Assembly: GCA_010405405.1 (NCBI GenBank)
Contig: MU004235.1
Coordinates: forward strand, 448,538-512,537
Direction: 5' to 3'
Source: Microthyrium microscopicum
Lineage: Eukaryota
DNA: 64,000 nucleotides
Below, piece after piece: positions 1-13,554 of this stretch. Both the position numbers and the translations under genes were made by a program. The stretch's first letter is position 1; every line of letters starts with the position of its first letter. The notes beneath the pieces are model-generated. The model saw only the letters and a program-made list of their open reading frames with translations. It had not been told where the DNA came from and searched no databases.

Positions 1-30
1 CACATTCTATTTATAGCTAACAATCAACAG

Positions 31-1991
31 TTGGTGATTTCTACAATGCGATAGTCGATATATCGATCGTTCTGTTCGGCCAGGAATATAACTCGCGTAC
101 CGATGTCGACCATCTCACTACCCAAATCGAAGGAGCGGCGCACGATGCTCACCAAGATATCGCCCTGCTGAGTACGGACATTCAATACAATATATCTGGT
201 CATCCAGACGACTATTCCCGGATCAAAGATTTGAGCTACCAAGTTTATAAACATACCAAAACTTTTGCGAAGCTCTTGGATAAGACAAAAGGCCGAGAAG
301 ACTGGTCTAAGCTGTCTGTCAAGGTACCTTCTGAGTCTACCAAGAATCAAAAGGGATCATTGTCTCCAAATACAAAGTCGGTTTCATTTGACAGCTCGTC
401 TCTGTCTGCCGGCAGCAGATCTGCTCCTACGAGCCCGTATCAACCCACCGTAGAAGAGATCCCGGACGGTGGGGAGGATGAGGAGACTCATGGGGTTCAG
501 GAATACCATGTCGATCCACCCTTGTTCCCCCAGTCCAAGGCTGGAGCCTCAGCCACATACAACCTTGCGCGGGCGCCTGAGCGAACTACTCCGTCACCAC
601 CGAGAGTAGTGCTTCGCACTGCAACTGATCCAAAGACATTGGAGTCGCAAGTTCACTCCTTGCACTTTGATGATGATGAGGGCGCAGCCCAGCCAACTGG
701 CGTTGCTGAAGCATGGAGGAATATGGGCAACCCTGTTCGGGCATCGCCAAAGAACGCGGACATGGATTCTTCATTTCACAGTGTAACTGCGTCTTCGAGA
801 CCTAGCACTCGCGAGTCAATCGAAGATGAGATATCCCGTCTTCACGAGGAAATAGAAAAGCTCAAAGCTTCCAAAGGCAAGTCATCGAGTTCAAAAGGCT
901 CAACGCAAAGTGTCTACTCTACACCACCTACCAGAACAATTGAGGAACCACCTAGAAAAACATATATGGAACCACCCAAGACCACTGGTCGAACTCGTGC
1001 CTACACATCTACTGGTGCCGAAACACGGCCTACCATGCGAATGCCCGAGACAGAAGATTCTTCACGCTATGGCCGTCCACCACACGTCTCTCCTCGATAC
1101 TCACCAATATCACCACCTTCTCCCCGCTACAGCGACCGAGAGGCACGTCGTCCAAAACCTACTCACCTGAAGTCGGAGCCCATGTACGGTCCTGGGCCTA
1201 ACACGTCCTTGCCTACCTTCCTAGAATCAGGTCCCCGACCGGTTGGCCTGGGGGTCGACGCAAATCAGAACAAGCGAGCCTCTTGGGCTGGTCCACCCGA
1301 TAACTACGACCCGCAGCAGTTCTCCAACTACGGCCCTGACCCTCCTCTATTTGCGGAAACACCTACCTCACCCAAACCACGAACCCCACGACCAGACAGT
1401 GATGACCTACCAGCAGGTGTCACGCAGAAGAAGCTGCCCGTCACACTGGAAGATATGTGTCTCGGAGCCTCCAAAAAGGTCCGCTTCAAGCGCCGCGTCC
1501 CCGATGCTATGGGCGTACGCCTGATTGATGACGTTCGCATTCTCACAGTACAAATCTACCCTGGCCTCAAACCCGGCTCACGCATCAAGCACGCGCATGA
1601 AGGCGACTATGATCCCGCCACCGGACGACTTGGCGAAGTCTGGTTCAGCCTTGACGAACAACCACACCCTACCTATGAGCGCCGTGACCGTGATCTATAC
1701 TGCACACTTAGCATACCACTAGCAGACGCATTATGTGGCTGGAAGCGCACAGTCAAAAGCGTCTGTGGCAAAGATGTGACTGTACGACACAAAGGCGTGA
1801 CACCTAACGGTTGGAAAGAATGCTTTGCCGGCTTGGGCATGCCAAAATACGATCGTGAGAACCGGATGGTGGGCGGCGACAGAGGCGACTTGTGGGTGGA
1901 AGTTAAGGTGCAGGTGCCATCGAGAGAGTTGGAAGAGTGGCAGAAGGATATGGTGAAACGCGCTTTGGGTGCGAATCCTGGGCGGTATTAA
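31..1991 (+). CDS. DnaJ/Hsp40 C-terminal-domain protein with a long Ser/Pro-rich disordered region; 5' part lies outside the window
   Basis: The C-terminus (KLPVTLEDMCLGASKKVRFKR...IYPGLKPGSRIK...EGD...HPTYERRDRDL...IPLADALCGW...GLGMPK...RGDLWVEVKV) matches the DnaJ_C/Sis1-type peptide-binding domain. The frame stays open back to a branch site and acceptor (CTAAC...CAG ending at 30). Confidence 0.8.
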
Positions 1992-3688
1992 TGGTGTGTG
2001 TGCGTAATGGTATGTGTCAGTTGAGCTTGGTAAAGCTTCTGGACTTTGGTCTTGTCATGGGTGCATTACTATTATTTTAAGCTTTGGGAGCTTGGAGGTT
2101 TGGGATTATTGGCATCTAGGCTGTGTTGGGTTGCATGGTACTTGAGAGTTCAAGAGCTTGGAATATTTAGCATCAGCATTGTTTTGGAGTTTTCGGTTCT
2201 GGTCTAGTGGCTTTGAAAGGCCCCAGATACCCATTTCGTTGGCCTTTGATATTACTTCTTGAGATGGATCGAATCTGGTTTCTATCTTTGATGCTGAAGA
2301 TCACTGAGCGGGATCTGCCGCGGGAATAATCAAGCGGTATAATTTCTTGATGCAGGAGGTAACTTGAGCTTGGGTTCACTGGACTCAAACACGGCAAAAC
2401 CTGGGAAATAATACCCCTTTTATGTAGCAGTATTAAGCTTACTAGTAGATAGCAAACTGAAATCCATCGAATAACAACCAATCAATGTCCCACAAGTCAG
2501 CAAAGTCTGGAAACCAACAGTACCGTAGAAAAACAGTGAATTGAGCAGATGCTCCTAGGGCGTTTTGGTGGCGTTTTCTACACTTCATTATTTCTACCAT
2601 TCTCGTCACCGTTTACTTACGAAAACGCTTACAATGTATAGGATATAAGCCTAATAGTAAGCTTATAAGACTTGACTCTTTTGCTCGTCAAAGAAGCTTA
2701 AAGATTGATTGTTTTTGCTATTTCAAAAGGTTGATATCCAGTTTATGGCTTAACAACCTTGACGCCACTAGAAATTACAGGGCTCGATTGGAGGACTATC
2801 TGCTCAATTCACTGTTTTCCTACGGTAATATAAATCGAGTCTTGCCGTCATCACTTCTCAAAATGAGTAAGAACGTGATCAACAACAAGCCTCCCATGGC
2901 TCAAACCTCCAACCGACTGATTCGTCAAAAGAGCCCCTTTGAAATATGGTGCACCGTATTCTGACAAGCGTGCCGATATGTACCCCAGAATATGCCCAGA
3001 TGTGATCGTCCATCATCTAGCTATTAGCCTATTTCCAACACCTCTTATCTGACTGGTTGATCGACTGCGCGCTAGATCTCAACGAGTTGTGTTGCACTCA
3101 GCCGTTCAGCCTTGTCAAAGCTTCTTGGAGTTGCTGGTTCCCTCTGGTTGGCAAAGCTCTAGCCCCGGAATGCGAGGCTGCCGGGTCTACACCCAACTGC
3201 ACCAAACTGCACAAAAAGTACATGATTTTTGCACGGCTTCATAACAACCCGGATAAAGGAGAGGCGAGACGGGGCGAGTCAACGCGCAGCAGGCGCGAAC
3301 ACGTCCTCCCGACAGTCGACTACCTTTTGTGTTCCAATAGTAACGATGCTGAAAAGAAATTTGGACAAACTAGTTGAATATGGAACGGAGTATGAAGTCA
3401 TGGGCCAAAAATGGGCGTATGGTTGCCAGGAATGCAACGATCTTTCTCACAAGCTACTGTGCTGCTAGCAGCATTGTGATTCGAAATGACCTTGTTTTGA
3501 TTGATCAAAAGCCAATTCTGTGGAATGGAAGCGCCTTTAGGGGTACCCGTCCGAAAACACATTTCCCATAAAGAAACCCGCATAGCCTCTGGACCCGCCG
3601 TGTAAAGTTATCAGGTGAGAATAACTTCCCCATATACAATCAAATTTACTCTCTTTATTCTACAAACAACAAAACAGCAGTAAACAAT

Positions 3689-4704
3689 ATGCGTTCTTCA
3701 ACATTCACCATTGCTGCTTTGGCCTCGCTGGCCACAGCACAGCGCCCTACAAACACATCCATCTGTGATTACTACACGCCTGCTCTGCTCAAGGAGAACA
3801 CTGCTGCGAACCAGAAGACTGTCTTGACATTGCTTGTCAACACTGTTGTTATTGGCAACTACACGCAGCCCAACGCCAACATCAGTGTAGCTGGTATCCT
3901 TGCCCCAGGCACATTCAACAACACCAAGGTCAACCTTCTGCCATACTTCAATGGCAACCTCAAGTCCAGCAACCGTGGTGGAATGAACGGAACATCCGTA
4001 AACTTCCTCGACGATGGCGGAGCCGCACCATTGATGAACAACATGCCATCTAACGGCAACACCACCTCCAACCAATAGTAAGATATTATTCCAACAAATT
4101 CTCCAAGAACCATGAAACTAACCACCTGATTAGCTTGTTGCTCACTCATCTATACGGATACTTTGGCAGCCTTCTCGGCTGCTCAATGATGAACTCCACC
4201 GCCTTCCCAGCCTACACCGGCTCCACCAACATGTACGCCGTGCACAAGTTCATGGACCTGAACCCCTATGAACTCGGCTACTTCATCACCCAAATCGGCA
4301 CCGCAGCTGCCTCTTTCGGAGTCGCCAAAGCCGATGTCGAACTCGTCGGAGCCTCCCTCAACAAGGCATTCGGCTACCGATGCAGTCCCGCTGCCGCCAT
4401 CCCACCAACTGCGCAGCCAGAGCTCCAAAGCATGTGCATAGATGCCAGCTGCCCATTGGCAGACAACAGCACTTGCCCAGCGTACAGCCCAGTGACGGCA
4501 CCAATGTTTGTGAACGGCACGGTTTATGATGCGGCGGGTGGAAATCCCAATGGTAATGCGACTAGCCCTACTAACCAGAGCAATGGAACGACCACTGGAT
4601 CTGGTTCTGCTAGCAGTGGAAGCGCGACTGGTGCGGGTAGCCAGGTGCAAGCTACCGTCGGATCTATTGTTGCTGGTCTCGCGTTTGCCATGTACATGGC
4701 ATAG
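3689..4704 (+). CDS. Secreted, probably GPI-anchored fungal protein with a truncated-globin-like segment
   Basis: Signal peptide MRSSTFTIAALASLATA. Intron 4078-4133 (GTAAGA..CTAAC..TAG) joins ORFs 3689 and 4135 as NQY-LLLTH. Ser/Gly/Thr-rich tail followed by a hydrophobic C-terminus. Confidence 0.75.
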
Positions 4705-5377
4705 GGATGAGAGTTGGCGGTTAGTGTAATGTAGAAGCCATTCATTCATTCAGGGTAGTCCAAGATGTTTTTTCTGCACTGTTAGAGCCCTGATTTGTAG
4801 GCACTCACTCAAAGTATTGTAGCATTCTTCGAATAATAGTTAATCCAGCATTTCTTCATGCGTTAATGGTCTCCATATCAATTTGTCGAGGCTAATTGTG
4901 GCGATGCCCGTGCAATGGCAACGTAGATCCAATATCTGATGCTGAAGATTGTTAGGCATTTCGCTGCAAGTGCAGAGATTTCCCAAGTTCCAAGCCTCGA
5001 ACAACCTTATTGCCGAGACTCGTACGTTGCTACTCGTGCCCTAGCTCTTGCTTCCAACGCTGCCGTGCTTTTCACTACCGCTTTTCAGTCTGCTCTGTAC
5101 GGTATGCATCACCTCCGGGAGCTCGAATAGCACTCAGTGGAGACAATAGAGCGTCGGAAACCGAGACGCTCCATATATTCGCTGTGTCGTTCTAACCTGC
5201 GACAAAGGACTCGCGGAAAGAAAGCACATCTTTCTAGCTAGATGAGTATCTCTTGATAGCTTTTCGTCTGGTCCAGTAACGATTGCCAAGTTGATCGATT
5301 GAATTCACTGAGTTCACATTGTGCTTTCGCTGCGCTGCTGGGTCATCAGTTCGGTGAGGAAATTGTGTGTATTGGTA

Positions 5378-5829
5378 TTATATGCTGGTTTGTACAAGCT
5401 CGGTAACTTGGCTTTCGATCGCCTTTTCGTCTAGACCTTTGAGATACGTTAGAGCAAAATATTATAGCCGAGTTCAAAACTTACCATTTAATGGTAGCAT
5501 CTTCTCCTTGCCAAATTCTGTTATGTATCAGCTTGCTGTCTCCTAGAATGGCCCGGGCCAAACGCACCAAATCTCGCCCAGACCTTTGGCTCGGTGCCGG
5601 ATGCCTCTCGAATAAGTATTGGTGTGCTCGGGTTGTGCTTCTTCATCGTCGGATATGATTTCATAAGGAAGGATCTACTCATAAAAGAAATATCAGCATT
5701 CTCATCCCTCTCAAGTCCACACTTGTCCATGCTTCAAACTCACCGCGCAGCTGCACTATGATCTGCAGTCTGACAAAGATGAAATCTCAGCTCCCGCAGC
5801 GCCGAATTGAATGCATATTTCGACGCCAT
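5378..5829 (-). CDS. NDUFA2: NADH:ubiquinone oxidoreductase 10.5 kDa subunit (NI8M/B8, NDUFA2), 4 exons
   Basis: Spliced translation MASKYAFNSALRELRFHLCQTADHSAAAR/SFLMKSYPTMKKHNPSTPILIREASGTEPKVWARF/EFGKEKMLPLN/GLDEKAIESQVTELVQTSI*. Confidence 0.9.
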
Positions 5830-6048
5830 GACTCTCGAATTCGTGGCAATAATTGGCCTGGATACAGAAGAAAGAATTGAGATAGGACGTCAAGTTTAGA
5901 AGTGGTTCCTGCTTGAAGCTTGGACCAGCCGGACTTTCCCACCCGTTAGCTATCCCCGAACCGCATCTTCTTCCCCAAAGCTTCCATCAGCATTTCCGAC
6001 GACAAATCTCCTCTCTTCTCCTACGTTCTGCGCTCAATTGTCGCCATA

Positions 6049-6727
6049 ATGTCCTTCCGTCCTGGTCTTCGTAGTTTTCGGGCGGCTTTCCAGAACTTCC
6101 GCACTGCAAATCGTCAAACAGTTGGCCGGCGATGGCAGACGACTGCGGAGGCACCACCTCCTCCACCCCCAAAGGAGAACCTGAATCCGTTATCGTGGAA
6201 TAGTCCTGTGGGACCCAAGACGGTGCATTTCTGGTATGTTGGAAACTCATTGTTCGGCTGGTGGAACATTTACTGACTTATCGTGCAGGGCTCCCGTCAT
6301 GAAGGTATGACTCCTCCTCGAAAACACATTCACGAATATCAGTCGAGTTGAACTAGATGCTAATACTCTGCAGTGGATCTTGGTGGGTGTCAGCATTGCA
6401 GACTTTACGCGGCCGGCAGATCAGCTTTCGCTGACACAGAATGGCGCGCTCACGGCAACGGGTGCTATCTGGACACGATGGTGTCTCATTATCAAACCCA
6501 AGAACTATCTGTACGATCATTCCATTCTTATTTCCAGAAATCAAAGCTAACAATAGTGTTACAGGCTTGCCTCGGTCAACTTTTTCCTCTTTCTCGCCAA
6601 TGGATATCAAGTAGCCCGAATCATTCAATATGATCGATCGAATAAGTCAACGAAAGCTGTGACAGAAGTGAAGGACGTGGCTGCCGAAGCTAAAGATGCT
6701 GTCAAGGGAGCTCTCGGTACAAAATAG
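6049..6727 (+). CDS. MPC2: Mitochondrial pyruvate carrier, MPC2-like, 4 exons including a 16-nt exon at 6289-6304
   Basis: WNSPVGPKTVHFW/APVMK/WILVGVSIADFTRPADQLSLTQNGALTATGAIWTRWCLIIKPKNYL/LASVNFF is the MPC signature. Arg-rich N-terminal presequence. Confidence 0.92.
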
Positions 6728-7629
6728 GATGATTGATATCGTGCTTCCTGTCAATCTGTCTTCGTGGATATCCTTTTGGCGGGCTGGGATTGAGTCCTGT
6801 ATGGATCAAGCTTTTCTGTACAGCTTTTTTCTTTCCAGGTGCTTGGAGCAATGGGCGTTTCTGTCTTCAGCAGCTGTGAATGGCCTAGAGGTTAAATGCT
6901 AATTCTAGATTGTATCTAGACTCTAAAGGATGTTGATCTGACTATGAGCCGAGACTAAGAATCCTGGAGTAGTGCACCATGCCTCAGTCGAGAGCACCCT
7001 CGGATGGGTACAACCTACCAAATTCAACTACAGTTATGATCACGCAGAAGGTTGAATCGGACAATGTTACAACATATAGTCTACCTTGAGCAGCAACTGT
7101 ACAAGAATACTGTTTCATGCACTCGTAAGCAATCATCCCTGCGTCAATCAGGGAGTAGATCTGACTTTGATGATTCGATCAAGATCTATGATCGTTCTAA
7201 GGTATGATTATTTCGAGAGAACAACAGAAAACAAAAACGAAAAGAAGACTATTCTCGTGATGTGTGCGACCCACTTGCAAGCATCGTTCTTGCGGAAGGT
7301 ACCAAGATTGCGAGCTGCCCCCTTCATCCGATCATGATTCAGGTAAGCCTGCATAAATCCACCACCAGGCATTGGTTCCTTTGCAAGCGGCTGAAGATCA
7401 TCCACAATTATCCCCAGCCGACCTGCATAATGGTCATGAAGCTTGCACGACGCCTTTCTGCAAGATGATGTGTTCCACATCATGTCTCTCGCCGGATTTC
7501 ATTTTTTAAAAAACAATAGAACTTCAGCAGCGCTCTCGTCGTTTCTTCTTTCTCCATTTGAAAGAGTAATACATTGCTTTCATTCTATAATTCACTAATT
7601 TGCAGCTTTGGGATCTGTTGGTCGTCACG

Positions 7630-9967
7630 ATGCGTCTTCCAGCCACCTACAGCATCCCCATAATATTCGCTGCACTTGTCTCGGCTCAGCCTAACGTTAC
7701 TATCAACATTGGAAGTATCAACGGAGAGCAATGTCCTTCTACGAATTCTTCACGATATCTAGGCATTCCGTATGCCCAACCGCCAGTTGGTAGCTTGCGG
7801 TTTGCAGCTCCTCAGCCATACAACGGAACATACCCAGGCGGGACCTTCAATGCCACGAAGACGCCGGCAACTTGCTTGCCGTTCAGCCAGGGCTATATCA
7901 ACCCTTCGCCTACATCTGAGGACTGGTGAGCTTAGTTATATCTTTGCTGCTACGGAAGCTAATGGCATTAGTCTTGTGCTGAATGTGTTTACGCCAGCTG
8001 GCGCTGGTCCAGATTCGAAGTTGCCTGTTAAGTAAGTACATTCTATGTATATCATTCTCAATTGCGAGATTGACTACTATTTCACTTTCGATTAAGAGCT
8101 TGCTTAAAGATTCAAACTGCTTTGGATCAGCGTTTGTCTATGGATGGCAATTTCCGTCATGTCATGTAGTCATCATCGAGTCTTGCACTCACTCTTTTCT
8201 TTTGAGACATACTTTCCATTTTCTGACAGATTGTAGATTTTATATATACGGTGGCAGTTTCCTAGACGGCAGTATAGCGGATCCGCTTCTCGATGGTTGT
8301 AATATTGCTTCAGATGCGATAGTCGTCAGTGTCAACTACAGAGTCGGCCCCTTGGGTTTCCTAGCTGCCCCGAGTGCTGGAATACCAGGCAACATGGGGA
8401 TATCAGATCAAATATTGGGCCTTGAATGGGTGCAGGACAACATCGCAGCATTTGGCGGCGATCCGGTAAGCTATAGAGATTAGAGTTCGAGATGTAGCAT
8501 ACTAACAAATGAGTAGAAAAAGGTATTGCTGTTTGGTGAATCTGCGGGCGCTATCTCGACTTGGATCTTAGCTGGTCTACCTGATGCGACGAAATGGATG
8601 AGCTCTGCGATTTGTGAGTCGGGTGCTGGTATTCCCACACTTACTCAGTCTGCTGGGACTCAATTAGGGGCTCAGATTGTGCAAAATCTCAACTGCAGCG
8701 CCTCAGACGTATGTTTCTCTCCTTTTGAATCAGACTTAGCACTAACAGTACGAAGGGTGCTTGTATTAAATCAAAGCAATACTCTGATCTACTCAGTTCT
8801 CTTCCAGCGTCTTCAGGCTTGAGTCTTGCGAACTTGCTGAATACGTTTGGTCCTTATGTTGATGGAAATGTTATCCCTGAGAACCCTTCAAGTAAGTCGA
8901 TTTTTACTATGACTTCGTCGCTTCATCTGCCACCTGCAGGTACAGAGTAGGCGGTTCATTCGGCCAACTGAACATAGCCTTGCTTCTTTTAGTAGAGGTA
9001 TTTTAAGACTGCAAGCAATTGGACTAACTTATCTCATAGACGTCGCAGCGAAAGTTCCCGTGATCTACGGCACCAGTAAGTCATACTGAAACCAATTATT
9101 TCTAATTATTGCTAAATTCAGTGCCTAGACGCTGACGAAGGAACCTTTTTCATATCACCTATCGTTAACCCAACTACATTCGCCAATGCAAGTTACAGCG
9201 CCGTCGTCTCCTCTCTATTCAAGACCGACGCTGCTTCAATTCTGTCTGCATACCCACTATCGGCTTTCACTTACGCTCCCAATCCGGCATTCGAAGCGCT
9301 CTCCCAACTCTACACCGACGTCGTCTTCAAATGTCCCACCTACGGTGCCCTTGCTTTAGCTGACTCCAAAGGTATCCCAGCATACTCATACCGCTTCAAC
9401 ACCATACCATCTTGCATTCCCGCAGCCGGCGTACGCTATCCAGGACTCACCGACGCACAGGATGGGCAATACTTTCGCGCATATCACACATCCGAGATCC
9501 CATTTGTATGGGGCGACGTTGATCACGAGAGCTTGTATCCCAACGGCACTTGCTCCTTTACGTCGGCCGAGAAGTCGATAAGTCAAGTCTTCATCAACTC
9601 ATGGACGAATATGGCGTCCCAGCAATACCCGGCGGGTGGAAAAGGCGGAGTAGACGGACAGTGGCCACGTTGGAACACGAGTGACAGTTTGGGGTTGGTT
9701 TTCGGCAACCAAACCACGGTGGGAACAGTCGACTACTCCAAGTGCCTGGTTTTGGAGCCTATTGTCAACCAGTTGCTTGGTATTAGCAACTCGTCGAGTA
9801 CGAATGCTTCGAGTACCAGCAGTGGTAGTTCTACGGCAACCCATACGGGCGGCTCTACTCCTTCATCAACATCTAGCACTACGCCGTCGTCAAATGGCGT
9901 CGATATGAGGCGGGTCAATGTCTGGGCACTAGGAGCAATCATGGTTTTCATGCTTCTGCTCCTGTGA
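7630..9967 (+). CDS. Secreted type-B carboxylesterase/lipase with a Ser/Thr tail and GPI-like C-terminus, multi-exon
   Basis: Motifs YLGIPYAQPPVGSLRF, SED(C)L, YGGSF, NYRVGPLGFL, WVQDNIAAFGGDP, GESAG (nucleophile), ADEG and AYHTSEIPFVWG. Signal peptide present. Confidence 0.9.
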
Positions 9968-10082
9968 GACAAAACCATTAACTACAGAAAAATGTTTGAA
10001 TGCACACGACTTGGTCATCAAAACGCTAGGAGATCACTTTAATTGTTACTGATAATAATATAATTGAAAGTAGCTGATCTAT

Positions 10083-11895
10083 CTATAAAACCTCTTTTAA
10101 GCTCTCGTTCATGGGGGGTGCAGCGACAGTGGCTTGCTCAACTATAGGCGCCGCTGAACTTTTTGCTTTCGTTCTGTTTCCCTGTGTCTTGACTTTCAAG
10201 ATCGGTATCAACGGTAACGTTATAGCTGCTGCTGCAGTAGCAAACCAAAAAACGTGAGAGTAAGGTTGAATTGGATCGCCCGCGTGGAATCCCGCACGAG
10301 GGGACTTAACTGAGCTGTCGTAGATTGCAGTGGAGATTCCCATGCCGACAGTTAAACCTAGTCTGCAAAGAGTTTGAAATAGCCCACTAGCGATGCTTTG
10401 CTGTGCTTTTGGCATTGAAGACATGACGTACATCTAAAGCAATTTAGCATAGTTCTTGGAACTTCAGATAGGAAGATTGACGTACGTTGGTGACATTGAA
10501 TTGAAAGTCGGCTCCAACAACGGCTAAGCATAGTGCAGGGAAGATCATGGGCCAATATCCGTAGCTTGTTTTTGTCAAAGCGAGAAGAAGAAATGACAAG
10601 GTGTAGCTCAAAATCCCAACGCACATGATGAGTTTGTTGGAGATGCGATGGAGAATTACAGCGGCTATGATCTAGGAAGCATGAGTATCGTGTCGTGTAG
10701 TTTCTTTGACAACACTTACATTGACTATAATGCCTCCTATTGCCATAGGTAGCATATAAACCGCTGTTTTCAAGGCGGATGCTTGCCAGATTCTTTGGAT
10801 ATACAGTGATATCCAAAATGGAGACACTGCAAAACCCATGAAACCCAGGACGGTCATTACGAGTAACTGTTGAAGTTAGTTTTATAGTTTTATAGTGGCA
10901 CGCGAATGTTGTTAGCTTACCAAACTTAGATCTCGGTTCTTGAAAATTCCCATTGGTATCAAAGGATATTCAACATAGAGTTCCCAAAACACAAAGATTG
11001 TCATGAAGAATAAACCGAGTACCAAGAGGACGATAACATATCCGGTTCCCCAACCAGCATCACTTCCCATGCTAGAAAAGTGTTAGCCTCATAACTTTAA
11101 AATCGACATTTCTTACCTCAAAGCAGCACTGAAGAGACCAGTACCAATGATAACCAGCAAACTACCAAGCGCATCAAGTCTTTTGAATGTGCCTTTATCC
11201 AGCTTGACTCTCTCCTCAGTATCTTTGGGAATAACAAATACCGAAATGACAGTAAACAAGAAATAAATTATGGCCAGCCACCAAAATGCCGCCCTCCAGT
11301 TGAATATATTGGTCACAATACCGCCTGATATAAGCCCGAAGACAAAGCCAAGTGGATTTCCAGCACTGAAGCAAGCAAATACCGCATTCTTCCTTTTGGA
11401 TGGAGAATCATATATGACTGCCAGCATTCCTTGTGCCGGCGGCACAGCAGCAGCAGACATCAATCCCATGAAGCCGGTAAGAATGTCGAGAGTTACTCCT
11501 TGTTTGGCAAATCCAGCGCCTAACGAGAATATTGAGAAAATGAGTAGACTCCCAATGAATAAATACCGTCTGCCGAAAAGGTCTGCGATTCGGGCGAATA
11601 ATAGCAAGAACGAACCTGATGCGAGAGATGATGCAGCGGAGAGCCAGGTGATTTCAGCAGTAGTCATTCCAAGATCTCTTCCAATGAAGGAAGAGTTGAC
11701 AGTGACTATTCCGGCGGTCATGGAATTTAAGCCTACGGCCATGGTTGCGGTGAGAACGACGAATATCTCTTGACTCGTTGACGTGAAGCATTCTGGTCGT
11801 CCATATTTGGGAATAGATGTAATTGAATGGTTATCTTCAAGGTCTGTTGGAGAAGTTGGAACTACTCCAACGTCTTTGCTTTTCTCTAAGGCCAT
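10083..11895 (-). CDS. MFS drug:H+ antiporter (DHA2/ATR1-like, 14-TM type), multi-exon
   Basis: FARIADLFGRR (MFS motif A), FSAGNPLGFVFGLISGG and WRAAFW; several hydrophobic exons (ORFs 11113-11895, 10672-10857, 10444-10626, 10083-10433). Confidence 0.88.
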
Positions 11896-13554
11896 TCTGA
11901 TGAGACTATGCTATGAATTCAAATATCTTTCGAAAGCAGAGAAGAAGGAGATAAAGTGGCAAACACAATGAAGTGAAGCAGATTACTAATTGGGCGTTTG
12001 TAGAAGTACCTGAGGGATAAGAATAACAGACAAAGTTTAAATGTTCACGATGCATTTCAACGACAGGATTATTGTGGGGAAAAGCAACCCATGCGGCTGA
12101 ACTTGTAACATTGACGAATAATCTCTTCGAATTACGCCTAGAGCTAGAACAATTGAGTGGTAGCGTTGCCACATTTTTCTGATAAATCCATATTTTTTTG
12201 GGCGGAATTCCCCCGCTAAACGCAAACGGCTTCATCGTCGGCAAAAGCAGATGACAGTGAAGGTCTGCTGTTGACGTTGATGCAATCTTTCTTATATACT
12301 GATACCTTGATCGCTCAGTCAATGGAGGCTCAGAATAATACATACAAACTGGCCCTGCTCGCTTTATTTGGATCAATTCACCTTGATAAGAAGTTTTTCC
12401 AAACCGATATCGGTTACCCTCCTTTCACTTCCATAAACCGGGTCAAGTTGGGCAAACAATTCCAATAATCACAACTATCTTGAAAATATTTGCACGAGTC
12501 AATGCTTTTACCAGACCTTCAAAAGTTTGTCTAAAAATCCCACCGGTTCATGCTCCAGGTTCGCTATAAAGTCGCAGTGACGATATGGTTTAATCATAAG
12601 ATGATGTGGCAATCACCAAGGGACTGCCGCATCGTTTCCACCTTAGTTGACTTGAAGTTCAATACTAGAGCTGGTGATGGTATCGAGAAAGTATTATTCC
12701 ATGTCCTTGCTGTCCTGTTGGCGCACTTCTCATTCTCATCAGTTTGGACTTGCATATGAGTAATGGCATGCGCAGAATCTTCTCGCCACCAACTTTTTGA
12801 AAAAGTGTGGAGGGGCAGTTATGATCAAGCTTATATCAAGTGAATTGATTGGGCGAAAACAACCATGTTGGTTAATTCACTACTTTTCCAATGATAGCAC
12901 AGCTTCGTATTCGAAGGATCCACCAGAGTTGAGCATTCAGCCATTAGAATGTCTCGAATTGCACGCGAATCAAGCATCTTACAGGATGAATCTCTTAGTG
13001 TTCGCCCTTTGAAAATTTCCTGTCGGGATGTTTTCCCATGATAACGGCGACACGTGTCAAGAGTAGTGATATTTGTGGGGAGACCTTGGCCAATTCTCAT
13101 TCTTTGAAGAATCTAGGTTCGAAAGTATCGTGAGACCTGCATATCAATGCTTGATGCGACTCGAACTTCCGAATTGGATGGATGTTACCTTCTTATCTTT
13201 CCCTCTTTTCTCTCTACGCAACCAATTGACATCTTTCGAAAAGGGTTTTATAAACTAATGCAGCTTTGAAATCATCTTATGACTAAATGCCGCAATGAAT
13301 TGCAGACGGAACCCGGTTATCGAAGCGCGATTCGCTTTTGACCATCAGTTTCACCGCTTTCGTGACCCAAAGACGAACTGGCCTTCAATTTATGGAACAA
13401 GCACTTGAATGTTTGACCGTCTTACCCAGTACCCCAGGGCTACAAAAGAGTTGAAGTATGGCCACTTCTTCTTTTGACTTGCTAACATCTTTTATTCTAC
13501 TCACCATCAGGTTACTTCAATACATACTTTCAAACACTTCTTGCTAGACATACT

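Noticed and set aside
2600..2720. Short TpA-rich patch resembling RIP
   Set aside because: Too short and still contains CpA/TpG; cannot be distinguished from ordinary AT-rich intergenic DNA.
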